From NCBI GenBank assembly GCA_965208325.1, contig OZ242326.1, positions 128,001 through 192,000 of the forward strand: DNA of 64,000 nt, in the 5' to 3' direction. Origin of the DNA: Candidatus Poribacteria bacterium (GTDB lineage: Bacteria > Poribacteria > WGA-4E > PCPOR2b). Positions 40,779 through 50,365 of the stretch are shown piece by piece. The position numbers were made by a program, and so were the translations under genes. The notes beneath the pieces are model-generated. The model did not search any database and had not been told where the DNA came from. It saw only the letters and a list, made by a program, of their open reading frames with translations. Each line of letters begins with the position of its first letter. The first letter of the stretch is position 1.

Positions 40779-42042
40779 CTATTTTGACCGTATCTCCTAC
40801 TTGAGCGCCTGTTCTGTTAAGCGCGTTAATTACGCCCATCTTCTTGAGTTTCCGGTGGAGCAAAACAAGCGCTTGATCATTCTCCATATCCGTCATCAGT
40901 ACTGCCCGGTGCGGCTCCTCACCCCGAACAACGAAACCGTCTCCTACTTTCAAGAGTTCAAATCGCCCGTGCTGTTTGGGGAAGGTCGGCAATGAAATCA
41001 TATCGGATTCCACCGCGCCGCCGCTCTCCTGCCTTTCACGATTGCGTTCATGGATACGTTGGAGCCGTCCATACGCCGCACGAATTAACCCATTTACACC
41101 GTCTCCGGTAAGCGCTGAAATTGAAAAAATCCGTCGTTTACCAAAGTAATCAGTAATCTGTGGAAGATTGAGCTGTGCATTGGGCAAATCCGCTTTGTTG
41201 AGCGCGACTAACTGCGGCATTCGGACTAACCGCGGATTGTATAGTTCAAGCTCCTCGTTGAGTTGTTCATAGTCCTCAATTGGATCGCGACCGTCGACGG
41301 ATGCACAATCAATGACGTGGATGAGTAGTTTCGTGCGTTCGATATGCCGTAAGAAGTCGTGCCCCAACCCCGCGCCCGCGTGCGCCCCTTCGATGAGTCC
41401 GGGGATATCTGCAACCACAAAGTTTTTCGCCGCTCCGATACGCACTACCCCCAGGTTCGGCGCAAGCGTCGTAAACGGATAATTCGCGATTTTCGGCTTC
41501 GCGTCGGATACCCTTGCAAGCAGCGTCGATTTGCCGGCGTTCGGATATCCTACCAATCCCACCTCTGCAATAACTTTGACTTCCAGTTCAACACGCCGCG
41601 TTTCGCCCGGCTCACCCTTTTCCGCGACACGCGGCGTTTGAAAGATGCTGCTCTTGAATCGCGCATTTCCCTTGCCGCCGACTCCGCCTCGCGCAACAAT
41701 GACCCGTTGGCCATGCCGCTTCAAATCGGCGAAATCATCGGTCATTTCAGGATCCCGGACGACCGTGCCGACTGGAACTTTTACAACGCGGTCGTCCGCT
41801 TCCTTGCCGTGCCTGTGTTTTCCCCTGCCGTGTTGCCCATCGGGCGCGTTCTGGCGTGGTTGGTATCTGAGATCCAACAGTGTACTAAGTCCTTCTGCTG
41901 CTTCGAGAACCACACTTCCCCCGCGCCCGCCGTCGCCGCCGTTCGGTCCCCCGCGTGGCACATACTTCTCCCTGCGGAAACTAATGCATCCGTTTCCGCC
42001 GTTTCCGCCCGCGACGTGAATCGTTGCTGTGTCTACATTCAT
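40732..42042 (-). CDS. obgE: GTPase ObgE/CgtA
   Basis: FRREKYVPRGGPNGGDGG, GYPNAGKS, DIPG, NKAD; ATG 42042 follows GAGG. Confidence 0.97.
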   Translation of the reverse strand: MNVDTATIHVAGGNGGNGCISFRREKYVPRGGPNGGDGGRGGSVVLEAAEGLSTLLDLRYQPRQNAPDGQHGRGKHRHGKEADDRVVKVPVGTVVRDPEMTDDFADLKRHGQRVIVARGGVGGKGNARFKSSIFQTPRVAEKGEPGETRRVELEVKVIAEVGLVGYPNAGKSTLLARVSDAKPKIANYPFTTLAPNLGVVRIGAAKNFVVADIPGLIEGAHAGAGLGHDFLRHIERTKLLIHVIDCASVDGRDPIEDYEQLNEELELYNPRLVRMPQLVALNKADLPNAQLNLPQITDYFGKRRIFSISALTGDGVNGLIRAAYGRLQRIHERNRERQESGGAVESDMISLPTFPKQHGRFELLKVGDGFVVRGEEPHRAVLMTDMENDQALVLLHRKLKKMGVINALNRTGAQVGDTVKIDEFEFTYSPDGGDAD

Positions 42043-42200
42043 TGCTAAAACCTCTGAAGCGCCCCTCATTAGGAGAGGCAGCCCCGCCTCGACCATATCT
42101 TATTGGGACTGGGCGCCGCAGGACTCGTTACAGATTGCACAAATACAGTCTATAAAAAAAGCGGACAAAAACTGCATCAATGATGTTGCCTGTGTAATAT

Positions 42201-42350
42201 AGGACTTACGCAATAAGTTCAAGAGTCCCCCTGTTAAAGAATCAAACGAACGAATAGTGAGTGCGATAGTCTTTGGGGGGTTAAAAATCGCTGAAATAAC
42301 GATTATTTATGCCCAATATTTCCTTTTTCCGCTCAAATTGCGAAAGTCCT
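42201..42350. mobile_element. 150-bp MITE-like element
   Basis: Terminal inverted repeats AGGACTTACGCAAT / ATTGCGAAAGTCCT (13/14 match); no coding capacity. Confidence 0.7.
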
Positions 42351-42481
42351 GTATAAGTTAAGCGGCGGCAAACTAAATGCAAAGAGTATCACAAATATAC
42401 TTGAAAGTCAAGCCGTTGCCATCTTCCCAATCGGCACAGCAAGGCGAGTTGTTTAACACAAATAGCGCGTTACCATTTTGC

Positions 42482-42510
42482 TTGAAACTTGCCGCCTGCT
42501 TTGCTATGCT
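42482..42510 (+). promoter_or_regulatory. putative sigma70 promoter for VOC-SDR
   Basis: TTGAAA-N17-TATGCT with TGn. Confidence 0.45.
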
Positions 42511-42557
42511 ATCTCACCATCGGCACAGGAACATAGCGTCTAGGCTGGAGGTGTCAC

Positions 42558-43037
42558 ATGATCGGCTCGGTAAACATCCTTGATCACGTCTCAGTAACTG
42601 TAAGCGATATGAATCGGTCACTCGCGTTCTACCGAGATCTACTCGGACTCGAAGAAGTCGAGCGGCATCGGCTCGAAGGCGAAACCATCTCCGAGATGGC
42701 TGGCAAACCGGATGTGGTTATGCAGGTCGTACGGTTGCAAGCGCCCGAAACCCCTGGGGTTTTGCTTGACCTGCAGCAATACATCACTCCGCAAGGCGAT
42801 ATATCTGACGCGCAGTTGGGTGACGTTGCTCACTCGCATTTTTGTTTCGGTGTGCCGGACTTGTTCGGAACCTACACCACGCTAAAAGCCAAAGGTGTCG
42901 AGTTCGTCTCGGAACCGGTTAATTTCGATCTCGAATGGGGTGTCGTGCACGTGGTGTTCTTCAAGGATCCGGACGGATTTGTTCTCGAACTGATGGAGTA
43001 TCCAATCAAAAGAAAAGCATCGGCCGATCAGCCGTAG
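42558..43037 (+). CDS. VOC/glyoxalase family protein
   Basis: DHVSVTVSD, FYRDLLG, HFCF, FKDPDGFVLEL. Confidence 0.9.
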   Translation: MIGSVNILDHVSVTVSDMNRSLAFYRDLLGLEEVERHRLEGETISEMAGKPDVVMQVVRLQAPETPGVLLDLQQYITPQGDISDAQLGDVAHSHFCFGVPDLFGTYTTLKAKGVEFVSEPVNFDLEWGVVHVVFFKDPDGFVLELMEYPIKRKASADQP

Positions 43038-43051
43038 AGCGGAGATAACTC

Positions 43052-43849
43052 ATGCCCAAGTACGATTTAGATGGACAAGTAGCGGTTGTGACAGGTGCCG
43101 GACGTGGGATTGGCCGCGCCATTGCACTGCGCTTCGCCAAAGAAAGCGTGCGTGTGTCTGCCGCCGATATCAACCATCAAAACGCACAAGGTGTCGTCCA
43201 AGAAATCGAGGCGATGGGCGGCCAGGCAATTCCGCTCAAAGTGGATGTGACTTGCAAAGACGACACTGAACAGATGGTTCACCGGACTGTTGAACGATTC
43301 GGGCGGTTAGACATCTTGGTCAACAACGCCGGAATCGGCGTCATCGCCCCGCTATTGGACACCGATGAGGACGCCTGGGATGCGCTCATGAACGTCAATG
43401 CTAAGAGCGTTCTCCTCTGCTCGCAAGCCGCGGCGCGGCGCATGATTGGTCAGGGCAGCGGCGGCCGCATCATCAACAACGCCTCCGGCGCAGGCAAAAT
43501 CGCAACCGGCAAAGATATTCCGCTTGGCGCTTACGCCGCCAGCAAGCATGCCGTGGTTGCACTGACCAAGCAGATGGGGTTGGAACTGTCTTCGCACGGG
43601 ATTCTTGTCAATTGCGTGTGTGCCGGCATTGTGGACACGCCGATGTGGGATCTGATCGACCGTGAGGTGGCGGCGTTGCAAGGTGCGCCGCTAGGGTCTG
43701 TAAAGGCAAGCGCCGTCGATCGGATACCTCTTGGACGCATCGAAAAACCGGAGGATGTCGCCAACATGGTCGCTTTCCTCGCCTCCTCCGATGCTAGCTA
43801 CATTACCGCGCAAGCGCTAAACGTATGCGGCGGCATGCTGCCGTATTAA
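43052..43849 (+). CDS. SDR family oxidoreductase
   Basis: TGAGRGIG, NNAG, YAASK. Confidence 0.93.
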   Translation: MPKYDLDGQVAVVTGAGRGIGRAIALRFAKESVRVSAADINHQNAQGVVQEIEAMGGQAIPLKVDVTCKDDTEQMVHRTVERFGRLDILVNNAGIGVIAPLLDTDEDAWDALMNVNAKSVLLCSQAAARRMIGQGSGGRIINNASGAGKIATGKDIPLGAYAASKHAVVALTKQMGLELSSHGILVNCVCAGIVDTPMWDLIDREVAALQGAPLGSVKASAVDRIPLGRIEKPEDVANMVAFLASSDASYITAQALNVCGGMLPY

Positions 43850-44087
43850 ACCGTTTCCCCGCCGCTCTGCAACGCCTTGCTTACACCCTCATCATCCACA
43901 CTTAAGTTCATGTCGCCCAACAGACAAGTTCTGAGTTTCTTCCTTAATTGTCGTGGATATGGTTAAGAAACATCATCCAACGCCATTTTTTCATCGCCGT
44001 GCTCAGTAGGCAACGGTTGTGTGGTGATTACGGCTCTTTACATACGACAGAAATGCGAGGGGGTTACCGAGTGATTACCCATAAGAG

Positions 44088-45278
44088 CTACCTGTTAGAA
44101 GGCGCAGGCACCCATGTAAGTCGTAAATCCACCCGAAAGTCATCGGGTTTCATTGCTGCATTCCGTTTGAGATCTGAGGCATTCGACCCTGTTTCCACCG
44201 CGAGAATTTCACCATCTGTGAACTGCATGTATAGAACCTCACTTTGATGTGCTCTCTCAATATCCTCACGCATACCATACCAAACTTTTTCAACAGTTTT
44301 CCCTTCCATTCTCGTTGATTCACATATCGAGTAATGCGATTCAATAGTTTTATTTTCATCAATTCTTGGTAAACCAGTCATGATTCGATGCCTTTCTAGT
44401 TCAAAATCGGACAAAAGATTAAATTCTGATTCAATTAGCACGAGTAGCTCTTCATAGGCAGTAATAGCGCCTTCTAAATCACGGTAGAAATACATAAAGG
44501 CATCAGATTTTCTTGCTGGGGGTCTGTCGCCATGACGAGCATTCCCACGCTGTTCGCTGACTTTTGAAAGTAAGGTATGAAGTTTTGAGTGTTTATCGAA
44601 CTCATTGAACACATGCCGTAGCAGCGTTGTCGATCTCATCTCCTGCGCTTGATGGATTGTCTTATTTCGCAGCGATGCGAGCTTCAAGAGACAACCCTTT
44701 GACAGTGAATCAATTAAAAAACCATACAAAATATTGTGAGCATCTTCATAAGCATGGCTATTTTGGGAAATGGGATAACGGACAGATTTGTCGGGTATTG
44801 CCGTATAGAGGGGTTCACACACAAGCGTTTTACAACAGGCATTGATTTTTTCGATAATCCGAGCGAGCCGTCTTCTAGGCCCGGTTTCCACATCAAAACT
44901 ACCCTTAAGGTATCTATCGTACCACATCTCAAATCGTTGATCTTCTGGCGATAAGAGAGGCTTTTGAACACGGAATGGGAACCACTTTTCCTGCTCTATC
45001 TCCGGCGCTTTCATGAGATCTGGGAGGTAAACGGCAATGCATAACGTACCGTCTTGTTTGCTGTGATAGCCAAAACGAATATTTATGCATTCGTCTTCTT
45101 TTCCGTGCGACTCAAGCTCATTAAAATATGTACCCGTTGTCATGAGTTCCCCCTCGAAAAAGTCCGCATCTATCTCATACTTGTGGGGATTGTTTTCGTA
45201 GAGAAACAATACTTCTGCTTCAAAGAAACCAATGATTCCATCTAGCTCAGAATAATCTAGCATGATGCTTTCCTTCAC
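44088..45278 (-). CDS. hypothetical protein with RxxxxH (HEPN-like) motif
   Basis: 396-aa ORF, visibly AT-richer than the flanks; QRGNARHG in a helical region. Confidence 0.65.
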   Translation of the reverse strand: MKESIMLDYSELDGIIGFFEAEVLFLYENNPHKYEIDADFFEGELMTTGTYFNELESHGKEDECINIRFGYHSKQDGTLCIAVYLPDLMKAPEIEQEKWFPFRVQKPLLSPEDQRFEMWYDRYLKGSFDVETGPRRRLARIIEKINACCKTLVCEPLYTAIPDKSVRYPISQNSHAYEDAHNILYGFLIDSLSKGCLLKLASLRNKTIHQAQEMRSTTLLRHVFNEFDKHSKLHTLLSKVSEQRGNARHGDRPPARKSDAFMYFYRDLEGAITAYEELLVLIESEFNLLSDFELERHRIMTGLPRIDENKTIESHYSICESTRMEGKTVEKVWYGMREDIERAHQSEVLYMQFTDGEILAVETGSNASDLKRNAAMKPDDFRVDLRLTWVPAPSNR

Positions 45279-45385
45279 AATTCACCAAGAACTTCAGGTG
45301 CAGCGGAGGCTTATTGAACCCCATCGCGGCAACGTACTCATTATCGTCCGCATGCACCTACTGTCTGAATCACCGAATCCGCTAG

Positions 45386-47287
45386 CTAGTAGAGTTCTCG
45401 AAGCGTTGACTCAATGGTGGTTTTTAGATTTGCATCGCCAGCAAATTCCGCGTGTTTCAATGCAGCTTGGAAGTCCGCCTTAGCTGCCCAAGTTTGACTT
45501 AGATTGTATTTCGCACACCCTCGATTGTAGTAGGCTAGGGCATAATCCGGTTGAAATCTGATGGCGGCGTCGTAATCTGATATCGCGTCAGTGTGTTGTC
45601 CTAGGTTAGCCTTCGCGAACCCTCGATCCGTGTATGCGGCGGCAAAATCCGGTTGGAGTCCGATAGCGGCATCAAAGTCCAATTTAGCAGCAACATGTTG
45701 TCCCAAGTCAGCCCTCTCTAACCCTCGATTGTAGTAGGCTATGGCATCATCTGGTTGGAGTCTGATAGCGGCATCATAGTCAGATATAGCGTCATTGTGT
45801 TGTCCTAAGTCAGCCTTCGCGCAGCCTCGATTGAAGTAAGCTAAGGCAAAATCCGGTTGGAGTCTGATAGCGGTATCATAGTCGGATATAGCGTCATTGT
45901 GTTGTCCTAAGTTAGCCTTCACGACCCCTCGATCGGTGTATGCAGCCGCATAGTCCGGTTCGAGCTTGATAGCAGTATCATAGTCGGATATAGCGCCAAT
46001 GTATTGCCCTAAGTAAGACTTCTGTAACCCTCGAACATAGTAAGCTAAGGCAAAATTCGGTTGGAGTTTGATAGCGACGTTAAGATCCTTGATAGCAGCG
46101 TCACGTTCTCCAAAGTTTGCCTTCGCCAAACCCCGATTATGGTAGAACGTAGAATAATCAGGTGCGAGTTGGATGGCAGCGTCGTGGTCTTGGATTGCCG
46201 CGATTTTGTGCCCTAGTGTAGCCTTCGTTCCCCCCCGCTCGCTGTAGGCTAGGGCAAAATCAGGTTTGAGCCGAATCGCCGTGTCACAATCTGCGAGAGC
46301 AGCGTCATATTTCGCCAAGTCATTGTTTGCAAAGCTGCGCCAGAAGTAAGCAAAGGGATTATCTGGATTCAATCGGATAGCCTTGTCATAATCTGCAATC
46401 TCGTTAGCGTATTGTTTTGGATTTGCTTTTCTACTTCGAATATGTTTCTGGCTTCGTATACGACTCTTGAGTGCTCTAGCGGTATAACAGTCTTGCTTAG
46501 CGGCAGGATGTTGCCCCAATTCATGGTTCGCAAAACCACGCCATATATAGGCAAGAACATGATCTGGGTTCAGTCTGATAGCGGTGTTGTAATTTTCGAT
46601 GGCTGATTGAAATAAACCTAACTCGTATTTAGCATTACCTTCCCTGTAGCTAATGATGACATTGAGATAATTTGAAGGAACAGCAAAATTGAGATTCTGC
46701 CCTCCGGTTACTGTAATCACGGACACGCCAATCACTTCTCCTTTTTCGTTGAATACAGGTTCGCCGCTACTGCCCGACGAAATCGGCGCGGTAAGCTGAA
46801 GTAACTTGCCTGATTGCAATTCACGGATGGCACTAATAAGCCCGTGTGAAAACGTGCCTTCCAAATATCCTTTCGGATTACCGGCAACATAACAGGTATC
46901 GCCGATGACGACAGAATCGCTATCGCCAAGTGCTAACGGTTGAACATCAGCATCCGACACCTGAAGAATCGCAAGATCGTGTATTTCATCAATTTCGTTG
47001 AAACTCGTAATTTTGTACTCAGTTTCATGACCAACGCGCTTTGCTATGCCTCGCTCGGCACCTTCAATAACGTGAAAGTTGGTAGCAATCTGATTCGTTC
47101 TAACGAAGAATCCGCTCCCCACACCAAGAACTTGACCGTTGGCATTTTCCATGACCAGAAGCACCGTTGCATCTAACGCCTTCTGGGCAATCTCTTGAGG
47201 AGTAAGGATACCAGCGGAGGCGATACCGCAGAACAGTAGAAGCGCTAAGGACATGCGGTACAGCAATGGTTTGTTCTTTATGGTCAA
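45386..47287 (-). CDS. exported trypsin-like (S1C) serine protease + TPR array
   Basis: Signal peptide; TNFHV, HDLA, GSSGEP; many 34-aa TPRs visible as ~102-bp DNA repeats. Confidence 0.9.
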   Translation of the reverse strand: MTIKNKPLLYRMSLALLLFCGIASAGILTPQEIAQKALDATVLLVMENANGQVLGVGSGFFVRTNQIATNFHVIEGAERGIAKRVGHETEYKITSFNEIDEIHDLAILQVSDADVQPLALGDSDSVVIGDTCYVAGNPKGYLEGTFSHGLISAIRELQSGKLLQLTAPISSGSSGEPVFNEKGEVIGVSVITVTGGQNLNFAVPSNYLNVIISYREGNAKYELGLFQSAIENYNTAIRLNPDHVLAYIWRGFANHELGQHPAAKQDCYTARALKSRIRSQKHIRSRKANPKQYANEIADYDKAIRLNPDNPFAYFWRSFANNDLAKYDAALADCDTAIRLKPDFALAYSERGGTKATLGHKIAAIQDHDAAIQLAPDYSTFYHNRGLAKANFGERDAAIKDLNVAIKLQPNFALAYYVRGLQKSYLGQYIGAISDYDTAIKLEPDYAAAYTDRGVVKANLGQHNDAISDYDTAIRLQPDFALAYFNRGCAKADLGQHNDAISDYDAAIRLQPDDAIAYYNRGLERADLGQHVAAKLDFDAAIGLQPDFAAAYTDRGFAKANLGQHTDAISDYDAAIRFQPDYALAYYNRGCAKYNLSQTWAAKADFQAALKHAEFAGDANLKTTIESTLRELY

Positions 47288-47359
47288 AATATCTCCCCAA
47301 CGGATTTGGTAGCTAGACTGGCAGCACCAGGGTGAAGCGGTGACTACTAAGCTGGAGCG

Positions 47360-48208
47360 TCAAGTTTCTATCTCTCTAATAATTAGGCGGTAGCGTGTTG
47401 TAGACATACCCGCATGTTGGATTTGCAAGTGTCCAAATTCAGGATCGTCACAGCGTAAGCTGACGATTTTTTCTTTCAAATCTTCAGATGAGTAACATCC
47501 AAGGATAACCCCCATTACGCACTTGGGAGGCAACCGGAAGAGAGCAATAGGCGGTGTATCAGGTGAATCGAGCTGTTCGTCCGCATCATTCACGTACTTC
47601 AGATACCGCCATTCCTTTTCATATTCCCAGTGAGATCCCTTAATGAAAAAGAGATCTAGCTCGGACACTTCTTCAATTGTTGTGCGAGGACGATTCGAAC
47701 TATATTGAACACGCGCCGGTTTAGCAAATCCTTGAATCGAATCATCGCCCTTGAAGAAATCGTGCGAACCGTCAAGTATAAGGACAAAACCAGTGTGTTC
47801 CTCTGCATAGTGTGCCCACATGAGAAGATTATCCGGTGTCTCAGAAAGCGATAGGATACCGACAACGTTGCACAGTTCATACGTTCTGTTCCGCGAGTAA
47901 GTGAGAGGGTTCGGCAAATCGGCATCCTTGTGCAATTGTTCAGCGTAATCTGGATCTCCTTCAATTTTGTCAGCGAGCGCTTGTCGGTCCAAGTTGGTTA
48001 GTCCAATACACGAGAATAACTCCCAATAGGCAGGTTCTTGCCTAACGACATCTGCAAAGACGCTTGCAAATCCCTCCTTTGTGGCGGTCGCTTCAATATT
48101 GGGTCGAGCTTCAAAGGGATCATTCATCGCGTTGGGCTGCGTGAATCGGAGTTGGTGTTTCTGAAGAATATCAATTCGATCTGCGCAAACATATTTGTAG
48201 AAAACCAC
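47360..48208 (-). CDS. DUF2971 domain protein
   Basis: YKY, NDPFE, LMWAHYAEEHTGF, KGSHWEYEKEWR. Confidence 0.8.
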   Translation of the reverse strand: MVFYKYVCADRIDILQKHQLRFTQPNAMNDPFEARPNIEATATKEGFASVFADVVRQEPAYWELFSCIGLTNLDRQALADKIEGDPDYAEQLHKDADLPNPLTYSRNRTYELCNVVGILSLSETPDNLLMWAHYAEEHTGFVLILDGSHDFFKGDDSIQGFAKPARVQYSSNRPRTTIEEVSELDLFFIKGSHWEYEKEWRYLKYVNDADEQLDSPDTPPIALFRLPPKCVMGVILGCYSSEDLKEKIVSLRCDDPEFGHLQIQHAGMSTTRYRLIIREIET

Positions 48209-48277
48209 AAGCGTTGCACCCCAGTCGTCAACAAATCCATGATGTTTTTTTGGCTTTCAATGTCTCATTAAGTGACA

Positions 48278-49330
48278 TCACTCCACGATCTCGAAGTCAA
48301 GAACTCTAAACTCCACTTTCGTGTGGGGAGAATCAAATCCGAAGCGCGTAGTCAGTTTTTGAACACTCTCATCAACCTTACTAGTTACGCGCTTTGCCAA
48401 CCCAGCAGGTATCCCGCGGCGATACTGCACAACATTCACATCAATTGGATCGCCATGTGTATCATAGAAAATCACGAAACAGTATACATTCCTGACCTTT
48501 TCACGTAATCGATTCCGCAAAGAAAAGGCGTATTCACCACTTTGAAGTGCTGAGTATGTCCAAGTGAGTTTACCACCTGTCACACCCTCTACGCTTCGAC
48601 CGCCGAGATCTGCGAGTATTGAGCGTTTCGATTGAGTCTGTTTCGCCCTCGACAACGGTTTCGTGGCACCTACCTGCACAACAAGCGCCCTGAGATAGTT
48701 TGACGGGATGGCGAAATTAAGATTCTGTCCACGCCGAAAGGTTGCTACCGACACCCCAATCACCTTTCCCCTGCTGTTCAAAACAGGTCCGCCGCTGCTG
48801 CCCGGTGATATTGGAGCCGTGAGTTGAAGTAATTTGTCCGCTCCAACTCTTCGGACGCTGCTGATTATGCCCTGGGAAAACGTGCCTTCTAGACCATGCG
48901 GGTTGCCCACCGCGTAAACTGTCTCTCCCACCTGAACGGCATCGCTGTCACCGAGGGAAATTGATTTCGTGCCCAACGCCGAGACTCTCAATATAACCAA
49001 GTCTCGTTTAGCGTCAATCGCAGTGATGCCTTTGATGTCGTGTTTAGTCTGCTGACCGACGAGTTTAGCATAGCCTCTTGCTGCATCTTCGACGACATGG
49101 AGGTTAGTTGCGATTTGGTTCGGTCGTACGAAGAATCCGCTGCCCAATCCGACCGGCTGACCGTTAGCATCCTCCATAACCAAGAGCACTGTTGAACCGA
49201 AGGCGTTTTGGGCAATTTGTTGGGCAGTCTGCGCATTTGCTGTAGGTAGTAGGGCGAGCAGTGGCATCGCTAACCCCAATATCAGACACAAGACGCGTTT
49301 AAATTGCAGCATTGTATTCTCATGTTTCAT
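48278..49330 (-). CDS. exported trypsin-like (S1C) serine protease with C-terminal beta domain
   Basis: Signal peptide ending ANA; TNLHV, RDLV, ISPGSSGGP, QNLNFAIP. Confidence 0.9.
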   Translation of the reverse strand: MKHENTMLQFKRVLCLILGLAMPLLALLPTANAQTAQQIAQNAFGSTVLLVMEDANGQPVGLGSGFFVRPNQIATNLHVVEDAARGYAKLVGQQTKHDIKGITAIDAKRDLVILRVSALGTKSISLGDSDAVQVGETVYAVGNPHGLEGTFSQGIISSVRRVGADKLLQLTAPISPGSSGGPVLNSRGKVIGVSVATFRRGQNLNFAIPSNYLRALVVQVGATKPLSRAKQTQSKRSILADLGGRSVEGVTGGKLTWTYSALQSGEYAFSLRNRLREKVRNVYCFVIFYDTHGDPIDVNVVQYRRGIPAGLAKRVTSKVDESVQKLTTRFGFDSPHTKVEFRVLDFEIVE

Positions 49331-49473
49331 GGATGTATCCTCGCACTGTTGAACTTAACTGTGTCAAAGTTGAGTACTGAAAATTTAAAAGTAAGTATTG
49401 AGTCAAGGATGTGACAGATGCTCATTTATTTATTTATACTATTTGTCGAATGTTGACCGAATGAAACTACCCA

Positions 49474-49552
49474 ACCCCCTCTAGCTCCCCCTTGGCAAGG
49501 GGGAGAATGCAATGTGATGTCCTTTAACCGCTGCCTTGCCAAGAGGGAGAAA
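49474..49552. repeat. CCCCCTT..AAGGGGG hairpin repeat (two copies), same family as 18872-18907 in the opposite orientation
   Basis: ACCCCCTCTAGCTCCCCCTTGGCAAGGGGGAGAA closely matches the reverse complement of 18872-18907. Confidence 0.75.
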
Positions 49553-49590
49553 CAACACGTGTGCATCTACGCTTAACTACCGCAAAATAC

Positions 49591-49620
49591 AAAAAAAGCC
49601 CCGTTTGACGACGAGGCTTT
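49591..49620 (-). terminator. intrinsic terminator after rpmA
   Basis: AAGCCUCGU-loop-ACGGGGCUU followed by a U tract on the minus strand. Confidence 0.75.
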
Positions 49621-49651
49621 GAGTTTGGACCTATCCGATTGAAATACGAGG

Positions 49652-49918
49652 TTAGAAATCTGGGCGATCTGGGTAGACGCTGACCTTTCTGCGGTATTTG
49701 TCCTTCCGCTCGAACCAGACGTAGCCGTCAATCTTTGAGAAGAGCGTATAGTCGCTCCCAAGCCCGACGTTCGTGCCCGGATGAAGGTGCGTCCCACGCT
49801 GCCGAACGAGGATGCATCCTGCTGTCACGTGGTTTCCAGCGAATCGCTTCACGCCAAGTCGTTTGCCGCAGCTATCCCGCCCATTACTTGTACTTCCGCC
49901 GCCTTTTTTATGCGCCAT
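49652..49918 (-). CDS. rpmA: 50S ribosomal protein L27
   Basis: [24 protein letters not shown]. Confidence 0.98.
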   Translation of the reverse strand: MAHKKGGGSTSNGRDSCGKRLGVKRFAGNHVTAGCILVRQRGTHLHPGTNVGLGSDYTLFSKIDGYVWFERKDKYRRKVSVYPDRPDF

Positions 49919-50261
49919 TTTCTGCTGCCTCCTCGGGGCTATGTTCTTGTTGAATTTCAGTGATTCGTAATCGAGTCAATCTCTGCCGGTGTCCGAGCTT
50001 ACGTTTGTAGCCTTTTCGTCTCTTTGATTTGAAAACAACAATCTTCTTCGCTTTTCCCTGCTCAACAACCTCTCCAATTACGGCGGCTTTTTCCAGATAA
50101 GGCTCCCCAACCTGCAGATCGCCTTCGCCGTCGCCAATCGCTAATACTTCCGGGAACGTAATAATTTCGCCTACGGGAACTTCAACCTTTTCAACATCAA
50201 TCAGTGTCCCCACTTCAACGCGATGCTGTTTTCCACCGGCGGCAAATACAGCGTACATCAC
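49908..50261 (-). CDS. rplU: 50S ribosomal protein L21
   Basis: [24 protein letters not shown]. Confidence 0.97.
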   Translation of the reverse strand: MMYAVFAAGGKQHRVEVGTLIDVEKVEVPVGEIITFPEVLAIGDGEGDLQVGEPYLEKAAVIGEVVEQGKAKKIVVFKSKRRKGYKRKLGHRQRLTRLRITEIQQEHSPEEAAENGA

Positions 50262-50294
50262 TTTCTCCTTTAAAACGAACAGTTATGAATGCGA

Positions 50295-50362
50295 GCCTAC
50301 ATTATCGGAAATACCGGTAGGCACGATCAAAAAGTATACCAAACCACAACTTCTTCTGTCAA
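50295..50362 (-). promoter_or_regulatory. rplU promoter and leader hairpin
   Basis: Minus-strand TTGACA-N18-TATACT (50362-50333); GCCTAC...GTAGGC stem (50295-50322) in the 5'UTR. Confidence 0.5.
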
Positions 50363-50365
50363 TAC

